The notes under the pieces are model-generated. The model was not told the origin of the DNA. It ran no database searches and was given only the letters and a program-made list of their open reading frames with translations. DNA of 64,000 bases from Patescibacteria group bacterium (lineage in GTDB: Bacteria > Patescibacteriota > Patescibacteriia > Magasanikbacterales > JBBTQS01): contig JBBTQS010000001.1 of NCBI GenBank assembly GCA_038065555.1, positions 128,741 through 192,740 on the forward strand, read 5' to 3'. Made by a program: the position numbers and the translations under genes. This document shows, one piece after another, positions 9,693 through 18,749 of this stretch (within the stretch, counting starts at the first letter, position 1; the number at the start of each line of letters is the position of its first letter).

Positions 9693-9708
9693 ACTGACTC
9701 TATTCTGT

Positions 9709-9727
9709 ATTGAAACTCATTTGCATT
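9709..9727. promoter_or_regulatory. Putative Fur-family (Zur) 7-1-7 operator
   Basis: ATTGAAACT-C-ATTTGCATT imperfect palindrome abutting the znuA -35. Confidence 0.45.
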
Positions 9728-9754
9728 GACGGAATCGCGGGCAGGGGGTACGAT
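9726..9754 (+). promoter_or_regulatory. znuACB promoter
   Basis: TTGACG-17 nt-TACGAT. Confidence 0.65.
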
Positions 9755-9772
9755 AGGGAAAAAGCCTATCAT

Positions 9773-10726
9773 ATGTCACGATTTAGTGCCGTAATGCAGC
9801 GTCGGATGTTCCGCCTCCTTGTGGTGGCTGGGTTTTCGATGCTTGCAGTGTTTGTGTGGTGGATGCAGGTGCAGCCAGATCCTGTTGCTGATGCTGGAGA
9901 TGAGATTCGGGTTGCTGCAACAATATTTCCGCTCTATGACGTTGCGCGAGTTGTGGGTGCAGGCGAGATTGACGTGCAGTTGATCGTGCCACCAGGCGCA
10001 AGTCCACACACGTTCACCTTCACACCTCAGGGCGTGCGAGCCATTCAGGGATCGCAGGTGATTTTTGCTGTCGGGCAGGGATTGGATACGTGGATCGCTG
10101 ATGTGCAAAGCTCGATTCCAGGTTCGCGTGTCGTGACAGTGGATCGCAATGTACAGTTGCGCCATATGGGAGAGGATTCCGAACATGAAGATGAACATGG
10201 TCATGGTGAATACGACCCGCACTATTATTTGTCACTCGTGCAGATGCAGGAAGTGACGCGAACCATTGCTGCAACATTCAAGGAGCTCAAGCCAGAGAGT
10301 AGTGCGCTCTTCGAGGCACGAGCTACCGCATACGTTGCAGAGCTCCAAGCACTCCACCGCGAGACCGCTGATACGCTCGCGCCACTCAAGGGTGCGAGTA
10401 TTATTACGTTACATGATGCCTGGGGGTATTATGCACATGAATACGACCTACACATCACCGGTACCTTCGAACCAGCAGCTGGTGAAGAGCCAACACCGCA
10501 GTATTTGTCGCGTCTGCGTGCTGCAATCAGACTGGATGGGGTGAAGGTGCTGTTTGGCGAACCACAATTGAGCGGAGCGGCACTCGAATCATTTGCGCGC
10601 GATACCAACGTAACGATCGCACAACTGGATCCAGAGGGCGGACTTCCTGGACGTGAGACGTACCTTGCGCAGATGCGGTATAATGCGCAGGCACTCGATC
10701 GCGCTCTTGCTCCGTATGTCCGCTAA
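9773..10726 (+). CDS. znuA: Zn/Mn ABC transporter substrate-binding protein
   Basis: VPPGASPHTF, His/acidic loop EHEDEHGHGE, DPHYYL and HDAWGYY. Confidence 0.88.
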   Translation: MSRFSAVMQRRMFRLLVVAGFSMLAVFVWWMQVQPDPVADAGDEIRVAATIFPLYDVARVVGAGEIDVQLIVPPGASPHTFTFTPQGVRAIQGSQVIFAVGQGLDTWIADVQSSIPGSRVVTVDRNVQLRHMGEDSEHEDEHGHGEYDPHYYLSLVQMQEVTRTIAATFKELKPESSALFEARATAYVAELQALHRETADTLAPLKGASIITLHDAWGYYAHEYDLHITGTFEPAAGEEPTPQYLSRLRAAIRLDGVKVLFGEPQLSGAALESFARDTNVTIAQLDPEGGLPGRETYLAQMRYNAQALDRALAPYVR

Positions 10727-11435
10727 GTCCATCATCTCAACAACCGACCTTTCGTACACGCAGGAACATCGCGTGATTCTTGAATCTATCTCCGTTGCGA
10801 TTCCTGAAGGGAGTATGACCATGATTATTGGTCCAAATGGTGCGGGCAAGACTACACTTATTCGACTCATTCTTGGACTACTCACACCTACGTCAGGCAC
10901 GGTGTTGATTGCGGGGATGTCACCTGCGCAAGCGCGCAGCAAAGTCGGGTATGTGCCGCAACGATTTGCGGTCGATGCGACAATTCCTATAACTGTTTCA
11001 GAATTTTTGACACTCACGTACACAGCTACTGCTGTGGAAATCAAAGGAGCTCTTGCAGAAGTGGGACTTGCTGCGTCCATTGCCCGCGCACAATTAGCAA
11101 CGCTATCTGGCGGGCAGTTGCAGCGCGTGCTCATTGCACGAGCAATACTCGGTCGTCCGGAGATTCTCGTGCTTGATGAGCCGGTGAGCAATGTGGACGC
11201 AGGCGGTACACGTTCGATCTATGATCACCTGGAACATTTGCGAGATACACACAACATGACCATCATTGTTGTCTCACATGAAATGGATATTGTGAGTCGA
11301 TATGCGAGTTTTGTAGTGTGCGTGAATCGTTCCATTCTTTGTACAGGTACCGCACATGAGGTGCTCAAGTCCGAAGCAATGCACCATGTGTACGGTGAAG
11401 GTGCGAAGCATTTCCATCATCATGAGCACAGCTAG
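10716..11435 (+). CDS. znuC: Metal ABC transporter ATP-binding protein
   Basis: GPNGAGKT, GYVPQR, LSGGQLQR, LDEP and His-rich C-terminus. Confidence 0.9.
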   Translation: MSAKSIISTTDLSYTQEHRVILESISVAIPEGSMTMIIGPNGAGKTTLIRLILGLLTPTSGTVLIAGMSPAQARSKVGYVPQRFAVDATIPITVSEFLTLTYTATAVEIKGALAEVGLAASIARAQLATLSGGQLQRVLIARAILGRPEILVLDEPVSNVDAGGTRSIYDHLEHLRDTHNMTIIVVSHEMDIVSRYASFVVCVNRSILCTGTAHEVLKSEAMHHVYGEGAKHFHHHEHS

Positions 11436-11436
11436 T

Positions 11437-12246
11437 ATGGAACTCTTTCTCGAACTTTTTACACTTCCATTCATGCAGCGCGCGCTCATTGCTGGTATTG
11501 CTACTGCAGTCCCGTTGGCGATGCTCGGTGTGTTTGTGACTGCCAAGGGCATCGCGTTCTTTGGTGATGGAATTGCGCATGCGTCGCTTGCGGGGATTGC
11601 ACTGGGCCTCTTGATTGGCGTCAGTCCATTGTGGTGCGCGCTTGCTGTTGCGGTTGTCTTTGCATTGGCACTTGCGCTGCTTGAAGAGAAGAGTCGACTC
11701 AAGAGTGATACAACGCTTGCGCTCCTTTTCACCGTTGGATTTGCCGTTGCTATTGTGCTGCTTTCGATGGATCAGGGATTCCAGCCGGACATCATGAGCT
11801 ATCTCTTTGGAAATATTTTGACCATTAGCAGCGCGGATTTGTTATTCATTGTGCCATTTGCTGGTGTGTGTGCATTGATTTTGCTTGCACTGCAGCGTCG
11901 CATGATGCTCCTGGTGTTGAATCGCGAAATGGCGTGGCTCGCTGGTATTCCAGTTGCAGCAACACATGCGCTGCTCTATACACTTCTTGCCATCACTGTT
12001 GTTGTTGCAGTGAAGTTGCTCGGTGTGGTGCTCGTGAGCGCACTATTGGTAATTCCGGTGGTTGCGGCGCGCCAGTGGGCACGATCGTTGCAGTCACTGT
12101 TTGCGTGGAGCGTCGTCTTCGCCGAACTGGCCGTCATTGGTGGTTTGATTGCCTCGTACATGCTTGATCTTCCATCAGGGGCTACGATTGTGCTCACGGG
12201 AGCTCTGCTTGCTGGCATTGCGTTTGTTCTCCGATTGCGACCATAG
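11437..12246 (+). CDS. znuB: Metal ABC transporter permease
   Basis: FMQRAL, GDGIAHASLAG, SYLFGNIL and DLPSGATIV. Confidence 0.9.
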   Translation: MELFLELFTLPFMQRALIAGIATAVPLAMLGVFVTAKGIAFFGDGIAHASLAGIALGLLIGVSPLWCALAVAVVFALALALLEEKSRLKSDTTLALLFTVGFAVAIVLLSMDQGFQPDIMSYLFGNILTISSADLLFIVPFAGVCALILLALQRRMMLLVLNREMAWLAGIPVAATHALLYTLLAITVVVAVKLLGVVLVSALLVIPVVAARQWARSLQSLFAWSVVFAELAVIGGLIASYMLDLPSGATIVLTGALLAGIAFVLRLRP

Positions 12247-12247
12247 C

Positions 12248-13342
12248 ATGCAGTGGCAATTCTACACACGAACGGGGGATGCGTGGGATGCAATGCACGA
12301 GGCGCTCGCACAAGCGCGCGGTTCGATTTATCTGGAATCGTATATTTTTCTTGATGACGAAGTAGGTCGTGCGTTTGTTGATGTGCTGGTGAGTAAGGCG
12401 CAGCAGGGTGTTGATGTGCGGCTCATTCTCGACGGACTTGGGAGTTTTTGGTTCAGCGTGCAGTCTATTCAACGACTTCGTGCTGCTGGTGCTCGTGTGG
12501 TGTCATTTCAATCGCTCGCGTATCGACGATTTTTCAAGAGTCTTCGACGCCTCAACAATCGTAATCATCGCAAAATTCTCATTGTAGACAAGCGAGTCGG
12601 GTTCATCGGTGGAGTGAATGTACGCAAAGAATACCAGGACTGGCTCGACTTGCATGTGCGACTTGAAGGCGAGCATATTCTCGAGCCAATGGTTCGGTCA
12701 TTTGGCCAGACATGGATTATCGGTGGTGGTGAGCGACGTGGAGTGCGGCATTTGTTGCGAGGTTCGGGTGCGCGATGGCGACAGCGTGTACGCCATCTCC
12801 GGTACGTCTTCGACCATCCATACAAACGATTCCGCGAAAACAGCCAAGTACGCCACGAGTACATCGCAGCGTGCAAGCGCGCAAAGGAATCCATACTCAT
12901 TGCGACACCGTATTTCCTCCCTGACAAGAAATTGCTCGCGGCAATGGGTGCAGCTATTGCACGCGGAATTCAGATTCGTATTCTTGTTCCGGGGCGCATT
13001 GATGTTGCTATCTTGCAGCAAGCAATGGGCCGCGCAGTCAAACATATTCACGATCTTGGAGGATCAGTGTATTTGCTTCCTTCCATGATGCACGGCAAAG
13101 CACTCGTTGTGGACAACGATTATGGCATGATCGGGAGTAGTAACATTGATCCGCGCAGCTTCTTCTCCAACCACGAAGCCAATGTCACGTTCACGCAACG
13201 TGCCATGGTCGCAGACCTCGTACATATATTGAAAAAATGGCGACTGCTTGCCAGCGTATATCGTCCCAAGCATGATTTTCGCTCAAGTCCTCTTGAGTGG
13301 GTTCTTGGGCTGGTTGGACGACTACTTACGCCGCTGTTGTAG
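12248..13342 (+). CDS. Phospholipase D family / cardiolipin synthase (ClsB-like, no N-terminal TM)
   Basis: Two HKD motifs, NHRKILIVD and MHGKALVVD, plus GSSNIDPRSF. Confidence 0.85.
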   Translation: MQWQFYTRTGDAWDAMHEALAQARGSIYLESYIFLDDEVGRAFVDVLVSKAQQGVDVRLILDGLGSFWFSVQSIQRLRAAGARVVSFQSLAYRRFFKSLRRLNNRNHRKILIVDKRVGFIGGVNVRKEYQDWLDLHVRLEGEHILEPMVRSFGQTWIIGGGERRGVRHLLRGSGARWRQRVRHLRYVFDHPYKRFRENSQVRHEYIAACKRAKESILIATPYFLPDKKLLAAMGAAIARGIQIRILVPGRIDVAILQQAMGRAVKHIHDLGGSVYLLPSMMHGKALVVDNDYGMIGSSNIDPRSFFSNHEANVTFTQRAMVADLVHILKKWRLLASVYRPKHDFRSSPLEWVLGLVGRLLTPLL

Positions 13343-13778
13343 TGAGTTCGATGGTGCGAGTTTCGCCCGTTCCTCGCAGTGTGAACCACCATTGGCGTGA
13401 GGCGCCACTCCATGCATCAGGAAATCGTTCTGGCCACTCGACGAGACTGATGGTGTTCGGTTCTCCCAGGTATGAATCTACGCCGATTTCAACAAGCTCC
13501 TCTGGACGTTCCATGCGATAGGTGTCCATATGCATGAGCGACTTCATGGTCGGGTGCGCAGTGGTGTACACATTCATGAGTGTGAATGTTGGTGAGGTGA
13601 TTGTTTCGTGCACGCCAAGTGCAGCAGCGATCGCCTTTGCGAGTGTGGTTTTGCCAGCGCCAAGATCTCCTGAGAGGAGAATCGCGTCACCTGCATCCAC
13701 CATGTCTACGATTTCGCGTGCAATGGTGTCGATTTCGGAGAGTGCAAACGTACGTGGTTGTGCCAGAGGTGTGGTCAT
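13326..13778 (-). CDS. tsaE: t6A biosynthesis ATPase
   Basis: GDLGAGKTT, SPTFTL, HMDTYR and VEWPE. Confidence 0.92.
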   Translation of the reverse strand: MTTPLAQPRTFALSEIDTIAREIVDMVDAGDAILLSGDLGAGKTTLAKAIAAALGVHETITSPTFTLMNVYTTAHPTMKSLMHMDTYRMERPEELVEIGVDSYLGEPNTISLVEWPERFPDAWSGASRQWWFTLRGTGETRTIELTTTAA

Positions 13779-14617
13779 ACAGTTGTGGTCTGTGTACGTG
13801 CAAGATGGACTACAGTGTGCAAAAGCATAGCAACGGTCATTGGACCGACGCCGCCAGGAACTGGGGTAATGAATCCAGCACGTGCTGCAGCATCAGGATG
13901 GACGTCACCTGCCACCTGTCCGTCGAGTTTGCTAATGCCAACATCAATAATACTTGCGCCCTGTTTGACTGCGTCAGCTGTGACACTGTGTGGAACACCA
14001 AGTGCTGTGACGAGCACGTCTGCGGTTGCACAAATTTCTTTCCACGAGTCGGTTGACTGCGTGATCCACTGTACGTGCAGTCCCATGCGAGTGAGTGAGG
14101 CGCCCAGTGGTCGCATGAATACATCACTTTTGCCCAAGATCACTGCCTGTTTGTCAGTCAGTGGATTTCCGGTTGCCTCGAGGAGCGCACGAATCGCATG
14201 GATGAGTACTGGCTCCACGTATGGCTGCGTGTCATGCATGAACCGTTCAATGTTGTCTGGGTGAAATCCGTCGACATCTTTGCGCGGATCAATCGAGCGA
14301 ATGACAATGTCTGTATCGAGTCCTGCAGGGAGAGGAAGTTGCACAAGAATTGCGTGCACGTCCATTCGAGCATTGAGTGAGCGAATGATTTCGCACAGTG
14401 ACTGCGTGTTGGTATTCTCAGCAACGACGATCTTCTCAAATGCAATTCCCACGCGGCTGCATCGCTGTTCCTTCATCCGCACATAGAGGCGTGACGCTGG
14501 ATTGTCTCCAACAAGGATCGCCGCAATGCGAGGCACAACCGAAAGAGCGCGAACTTCTTCGCGCAAATCCGTAAGGATCTTGTTGCCGATGCGTGTGCCG
14601 CTGAGAATGTGTGCCAT
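13775..14617 (-). CDS. folD: Methylenetetrahydrofolate dehydrogenase/cyclohydrolase
   Basis: YVRMK, ILVQLPLP, KDVDGFHP and TPVPGGVGPMTVAML. Confidence 0.93.
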   Translation of the reverse strand: MAHILSGTRIGNKILTDLREEVRALSVVPRIAAILVGDNPASRLYVRMKEQRCSRVGIAFEKIVVAENTNTQSLCEIIRSLNARMDVHAILVQLPLPAGLDTDIVIRSIDPRKDVDGFHPDNIERFMHDTQPYVEPVLIHAIRALLEATGNPLTDKQAVILGKSDVFMRPLGASLTRMGLHVQWITQSTDSWKEICATADVLVTALGVPHSVTADAVKQGASIIDVGISKLDGQVAGDVHPDAAARAGFITPVPGGVGPMTVAMLLHTVVHLARTQTTTV

Positions 14618-14618
14618 G

Positions 14619-15896
14619 CTAGAAATTGAGCGGGTAGCGTGCGCACAGTGCGCGCACTTCATCATGGATTGCTGCGAGCTTGCCGCTGTCAGCTCGGTTC
14701 TTGATTGCGTCGCTAATCCAGTGTGCGATTGTCTCCATTTCTGGCTCACGGAGTCCGCGTGTCGTAATTGCTGGTGTGCCCAGGCGAATACCTGATGGAT
14801 CAAATGGACTGCGTGTATCGAATGGAACAGTATTTTTGTTCACGGTGATACCAATAGCAGAGAGTGCATCAGATCCTTCTTTGCCACTAGTGTTCATTGC
14901 TGTGAGATCGGCGACCATCAAGTGATTATCCGTGCCTCCTGTAACGAGATTGAATCCTTGTGCAATGAGACCGCTGGCAAGTGCTTGCGCATTGCGAACG
15001 ATTTGCTTGCCGTATTCACGGAATTCTGGAGTTGCTGCTTCCTTGAGTGCAACGGCAATTGCCGCAGTCTGGTGATTGTGTGGACCGCCCTGCAATCCTG
15101 GGATAATTGCGCGGTCAATCAGTGTTGGCAAATTCTCACGCGTCTTCGCTGCTTTCTTGAGAGGTTCTGATGGATTGCCGTTGCACAAAATCATGGCACC
15201 ACGTGGTCCGCGCAATGTTTTGTGTGTTGTTGTCATCACCACGTCTGCGATTCCAATAGGGGATGGGTGTACTCCAGCAACAACAAGTCCGGCAATGTGC
15301 GAAATATCTGCAACTAACCATGCGCCAACCTTGTCTGCAATTGCGCGCAGGCGTGCCCAATCAATAATACGTGGGTACGCGGTTGCTCCTGACATGATGA
15401 GCTTGGGCTGTTCCTTGATCGCCAGTGCCTCCATCGCATCGTAGTCAATCACACCATCTGGTCGCGTGCGATATGTGACGCTCTTGTAGTAGATGCCGGA
15501 GAAATTCACTTTGAGTCCATGCGTCATGTGGCCACCAAATGCCAACTCGAGCCCCATTACCGTGTCACCAGGTTCGACAAGCGCAAAATAGATTGCGTGG
15601 TTGGCAGGAGATCCAGAGTACGGCTGCACATTAGCGTGCGTGCAACCGAAGAGCGCCTTCGCGCGTTCGCGTGCGATGTTCTCAATGACGTCAACATTCT
15701 CGCATCCACCGTAGTAGCGCATGCCAGGATAGCCTTCGGAGTATTTGTCGGTGAGTCGCGTGCCAAGAGCTTCGAGTACTGCAGACGATGTGTGGTTCTC
15801 ACTCGGAATCATTTCGAGTCCTTCTGCCTGTCGAGACGCTTCGCGCTCGATGAGGCCGGCGATCTCCGGGTCAAAGGTGGCCAATGATGTAGGCAT
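14619..15896 (-). CDS. glyA: Serine hydroxymethyltransferase
   Basis: PSEN, KYSEGYPG, TTTHKTLRGPRG and SGIRLGTPA. Confidence 0.97.
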   Translation of the reverse strand: MPTSLATFDPEIAGLIEREASRQAEGLEMIPSENHTSSAVLEALGTRLTDKYSEGYPGMRYYGGCENVDVIENIARERAKALFGCTHANVQPYSGSPANHAIYFALVEPGDTVMGLELAFGGHMTHGLKVNFSGIYYKSVTYRTRPDGVIDYDAMEALAIKEQPKLIMSGATAYPRIIDWARLRAIADKVGAWLVADISHIAGLVVAGVHPSPIGIADVVMTTTHKTLRGPRGAMILCNGNPSEPLKKAAKTRENLPTLIDRAIIPGLQGGPHNHQTAAIAVALKEAATPEFREYGKQIVRNAQALASGLIAQGFNLVTGGTDNHLMVADLTAMNTSGKEGSDALSAIGITVNKNTVPFDTRSPFDPSGIRLGTPAITTRGLREPEMETIAHWISDAIKNRADSGKLAAIHDEVRALCARYPLNF

Positions 15897-16058
15897 GCGC
15901 GGTGTGGATTACAGAGTTAACAATATCACCACGATACCAAACCCCCGCTCAAAAACCAAGAAGCTGCTAGAACGGGGCGCACTGATGCAAAACAGCCTAT
16001 AGGTTGGTCCTGTTGTGATTCACTTTGTCAATAGATCGAGTTCTGCTAGAGTATGAAT

Positions 16059-17459
16059 ATGAAACTTCCGACGTCTATCAGTTCGCTCACACGCGTCCAT
16101 TGCATTGGCATTGGCGGTATTGGTGTTTCGGCAGCTGCGAAGTATTTGCATGAGCTGGGAATTGTTGTCTCTGGATCAGATGCTTCAGACTCTGAAATCG
16201 TTGCCGAGGTGCGCAAGCTCGGTATTGCTGTCTTCATGGGTGAGGATGCAGAGAGCGTTCCAACTGACGCAAGTCTGGTGATCTATTCCCCAGCAGTGCA
16301 GCCAACACATGCAGAGCGAGTGCGAGCCAAGCAGCTCAACATCCCCGAGATGAGTTATCCAGAATTTCTCGCGTTGCTCTCGCAAAAGAAATATACCATT
16401 GCAGTCACGGGTACGCATGGCAAATCGACAACAACCGCGTTGATTGGAAGCATTCTCAAAAATGCAGGGTTTGATCCGACGGTCATTGTAGGATCGCGTT
16501 GTCCGATGTTCAGTCATGGCAATCTCAATTTCGGTTCAAGTAACATTCTTGTAGTTGAGGCATGTGAGTATCAGGGGAATATGCGGTTGCTGCATCCCAA
16601 CATTGCTGTGGTGACCAACATCGAATGGGATCATCCGGATTATTATAAGGATGCTGATGCGGTGTATCAGACGATGCAGCAATTTGTGAGTGGATTGCCA
16701 ACGGACGGCGTGCTCGTGAAGAACTATGATGACAAGCTCGTGCGCGGCAAATTACATTTTGGTGGCAAAACAGTAACGGTTGGTCTTGCAGAAGGCGCAA
16801 ATCTCGCTGCGACAGACATTCTCACGCACAGTGGCGCGTCATATTTCACAGTTGCGATTCCTGTGAAGTCCAAATTCACAGATCAGCGATTCAGTCTGCG
16901 CGTGCCTGGGCGATTCAATATTAGCAATGCGCTCTCAGCTATCGCTGTTGCGGCTGAGATGAACGTGCCACTCGAACGTATTCAATCAACGTTGGCAGAA
17001 TTCCGTGGGATTTGGCGACGATTCGAAGTGGTTGGTACTTGGCGTGGTGCAACAGTCATCTCAGACTATGCGCATCATCCAACCGCAGTGCGTGCGACAA
17101 TCCAGGCTGCACGCGAGTGGTATCCAGGTCAACGCATTGTCGCAGTATATCAGCCGCATCAGCATGCGCGGACAAAAGAATTATTCGCGGATTTTGTTGA
17201 TGCATTCCATGGCGCTGATCTGACACTCATGTCGGATATTTATGATGTGCAGGGACGTGAGGAAATACAGCACCAAGACATCACGTCTGCAACACTGGTT
17301 GCAGCAATACAAAAGAGCAATGCGCGTGACGCCGTGCACGCAACGGGGGATCTGCGACATACGCAGGCACGATTGCGTGAGGTGGCGCAAAAGGATGATG
17401 TGATTCTCATCATGGGTGCGGGAGACATCGACACACTCGCACGCAAACTTGTGAAATAG
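16059..17459 (+). CDS. murC: UDP-N-acetylmuramate--L-alanine ligase
   Basis: GIGGIGVS, GTHGKSTTT, EACEY and DYAHHPT. Start is 16053 or 16059. Confidence 0.93.
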   Translation: MKLPTSISSLTRVHCIGIGGIGVSAAAKYLHELGIVVSGSDASDSEIVAEVRKLGIAVFMGEDAESVPTDASLVIYSPAVQPTHAERVRAKQLNIPEMSYPEFLALLSQKKYTIAVTGTHGKSTTTALIGSILKNAGFDPTVIVGSRCPMFSHGNLNFGSSNILVVEACEYQGNMRLLHPNIAVVTNIEWDHPDYYKDADAVYQTMQQFVSGLPTDGVLVKNYDDKLVRGKLHFGGKTVTVGLAEGANLAATDILTHSGASYFTVAIPVKSKFTDQRFSLRVPGRFNISNALSAIAVAAEMNVPLERIQSTLAEFRGIWRRFEVVGTWRGATVISDYAHHPTAVRATIQAAREWYPGQRIVAVYQPHQHARTKELFADFVDAFHGADLTLMSDIYDVQGREEIQHQDITSATLVAAIQKSNARDAVHATGDLRHTQARLREVAQKDDVILIMGAGDIDTLARKLVK

Positions 17460-17460
17460 T

Positions 17461-18369
17461 ATGCAAGACGCGATTACCAAACAACTTACGCCGCACGTGC
17501 AGGAAATTCGTCAGCATGTTTCGATGGCAAAGCTCACGAGCTTCAAAATCGGTGGACCTGCTCGATATCTGGTGACGGTCAACACGATTGAGTCGTTGCG
17601 ATTTGTGCTCGATGTTGCTGCGCGTGCTGGTCTCTCGACGATCATTCTGGGAGGTGGGAGCAATATGCTCGTGGCTGATATCGGATACACGGGAATTGTC
17701 ATTAGACTTGCGATGACACGAGTGACTATAGAAGGAAATCGCGTAACTGCTGAGGCGGGTGTGAAGACGGTTGCGCTCGCGCAGCAGACGGTGGCTGCTG
17801 GGCTCACTGGATTTGAGTGGGCAGTAGGCATTCCTGGGACAATCGGCGGAGCAGTACGAGGTAACGCAGGAGCCGTTGGTGGTGAAATGCGCGATAACGT
17901 CGTTACAGTCGAAGCTCTTGTTGATGGAGACATTGCCACATTTACAAATGCAGACTGCGAGTTTGACTACCGACACAGCGCGTTCAAGGAGAATGGCGGA
18001 ATTATTCTGTCCACAACACTCGAACTTGCCGCTGGCGACCCTGCCACTGGTGCGAAGAAGATGCATGACGCGCTTATGCACCGTATGACGACACAGCCAA
18101 AGGGGTTTGCGTCTACAGGGTGTATTTTCAAGAATATTGTGACGCCTGATGGGCAGCGGATCTCTGCGGGCAAGCTCATTGATGAGGCTGGGCTCAAGGG
18201 AACAGAGCTCGGTGGTGCGCGAGTCTCTGAGGCGCATGGGAATTTTGTCATCAACACGGGTGAGGCAACGGCAGAGGAAATTCGTGAATTGGTTGAGAGA
18301 ATCAAGGCGCAGGTGTATGCTACAAGTGGATACCAACTCCACGAAGAAATCCAATACGTGGGGTTCTAA
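17461..18369 (+). CDS. murB: UDP-N-acetylenolpyruvoylglucosamine reductase
   Basis: IGGPA, LGGGSNML, GIPGTIGGAVRGNAGA and HGNFVIN. Confidence 0.95.
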   Translation: MQDAITKQLTPHVQEIRQHVSMAKLTSFKIGGPARYLVTVNTIESLRFVLDVAARAGLSTIILGGGSNMLVADIGYTGIVIRLAMTRVTIEGNRVTAEAGVKTVALAQQTVAAGLTGFEWAVGIPGTIGGAVRGNAGAVGGEMRDNVVTVEALVDGDIATFTNADCEFDYRHSAFKENGGIILSTTLELAAGDPATGAKKMHDALMHRMTTQPKGFASTGCIFKNIVTPDGQRISAGKLIDEAGLKGTELGGARVSEAHGNFVINTGEATAEEIRELVERIKAQVYATSGYQLHEEIQYVGF

Positions 18370-18382
18370 TAACCGCATGCAT

Positions 18383-18670
18383 ATGATTACTGTCACGTTG
18401 CAAGCTGTGCACATTACATTGACTGACGCGATTACAGACTACGCAACCACCAAGGTTCAAGCACTCAGCAGATTCACTCGCGACGAAGAGATTGATGCAC
18501 AAGTAACCGTCGGCAAAACATCCGAACATCATCAGAAGGGCCAAGTCTTCCTCTGTGAAGTCCATCTCAAGGGACCAGACACCAAAATCATGGCAAAAGA
18601 GGTAACGGAGGACCTCTATGCAGCGATTGACGCAGTTGTAGCAAAGCTCAAGCGACAACTCACAGCCTAA
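18383..18670 (+). CDS. hpf: Ribosome hibernation factor, short HPF/RaiA
   Basis: LTDAITDYA..K and EDLYAAIDAVVAKLKRQL. Sits upstream of secA as is usual. Confidence 0.88.
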   Translation: MITVTLQAVHITLTDAITDYATTKVQALSRFTRDEEIDAQVTVGKTSEHHQKGQVFLCEVHLKGPDTKIMAKEVTEDLYAAIDAVVAKLKRQLTA

Positions 18671-18672
18671 TC

Positions 18673-18701
18673 TTGTTCTAGTGCAATGATCATGGTAGAG
18701 T
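18673..18701 (+). promoter_or_regulatory. Putative secA promoter
   Basis: TTGTTC-17 nt-TAGAGT with TG extension. Confidence 0.45.
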
Positions 18702-18749
18702 AGCCCCGATCAGGGAAGGGCTGATTTGTGATAGTTTTTCTTGAATTCT

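Noticed and set aside
13326-13342. Convergent 3' overlaps (cls/tsaE, and GT2/fmt at 40625-40652) and ftsQ starting inside serS
   Set aside because: Ordinary compaction in a reduced genome.
15897-16052. Riboswitch (ZTP, THF or glycine) upstream of glyA-folD
   Set aside because: No conserved aptamer nucleotides recognisable; only an imperfect CCCCGTTC/GAGCGGGG hairpin and promoter-like hexamers.
17410-18414. 334-aa antisense ORF over murB (likewise 22301..23167, 30158..31105, 34100..34873 and other shadow ORFs)
   Set aside because: These lie opposite well-supported genes, have no recognisable motifs, and are expected from codon bias.
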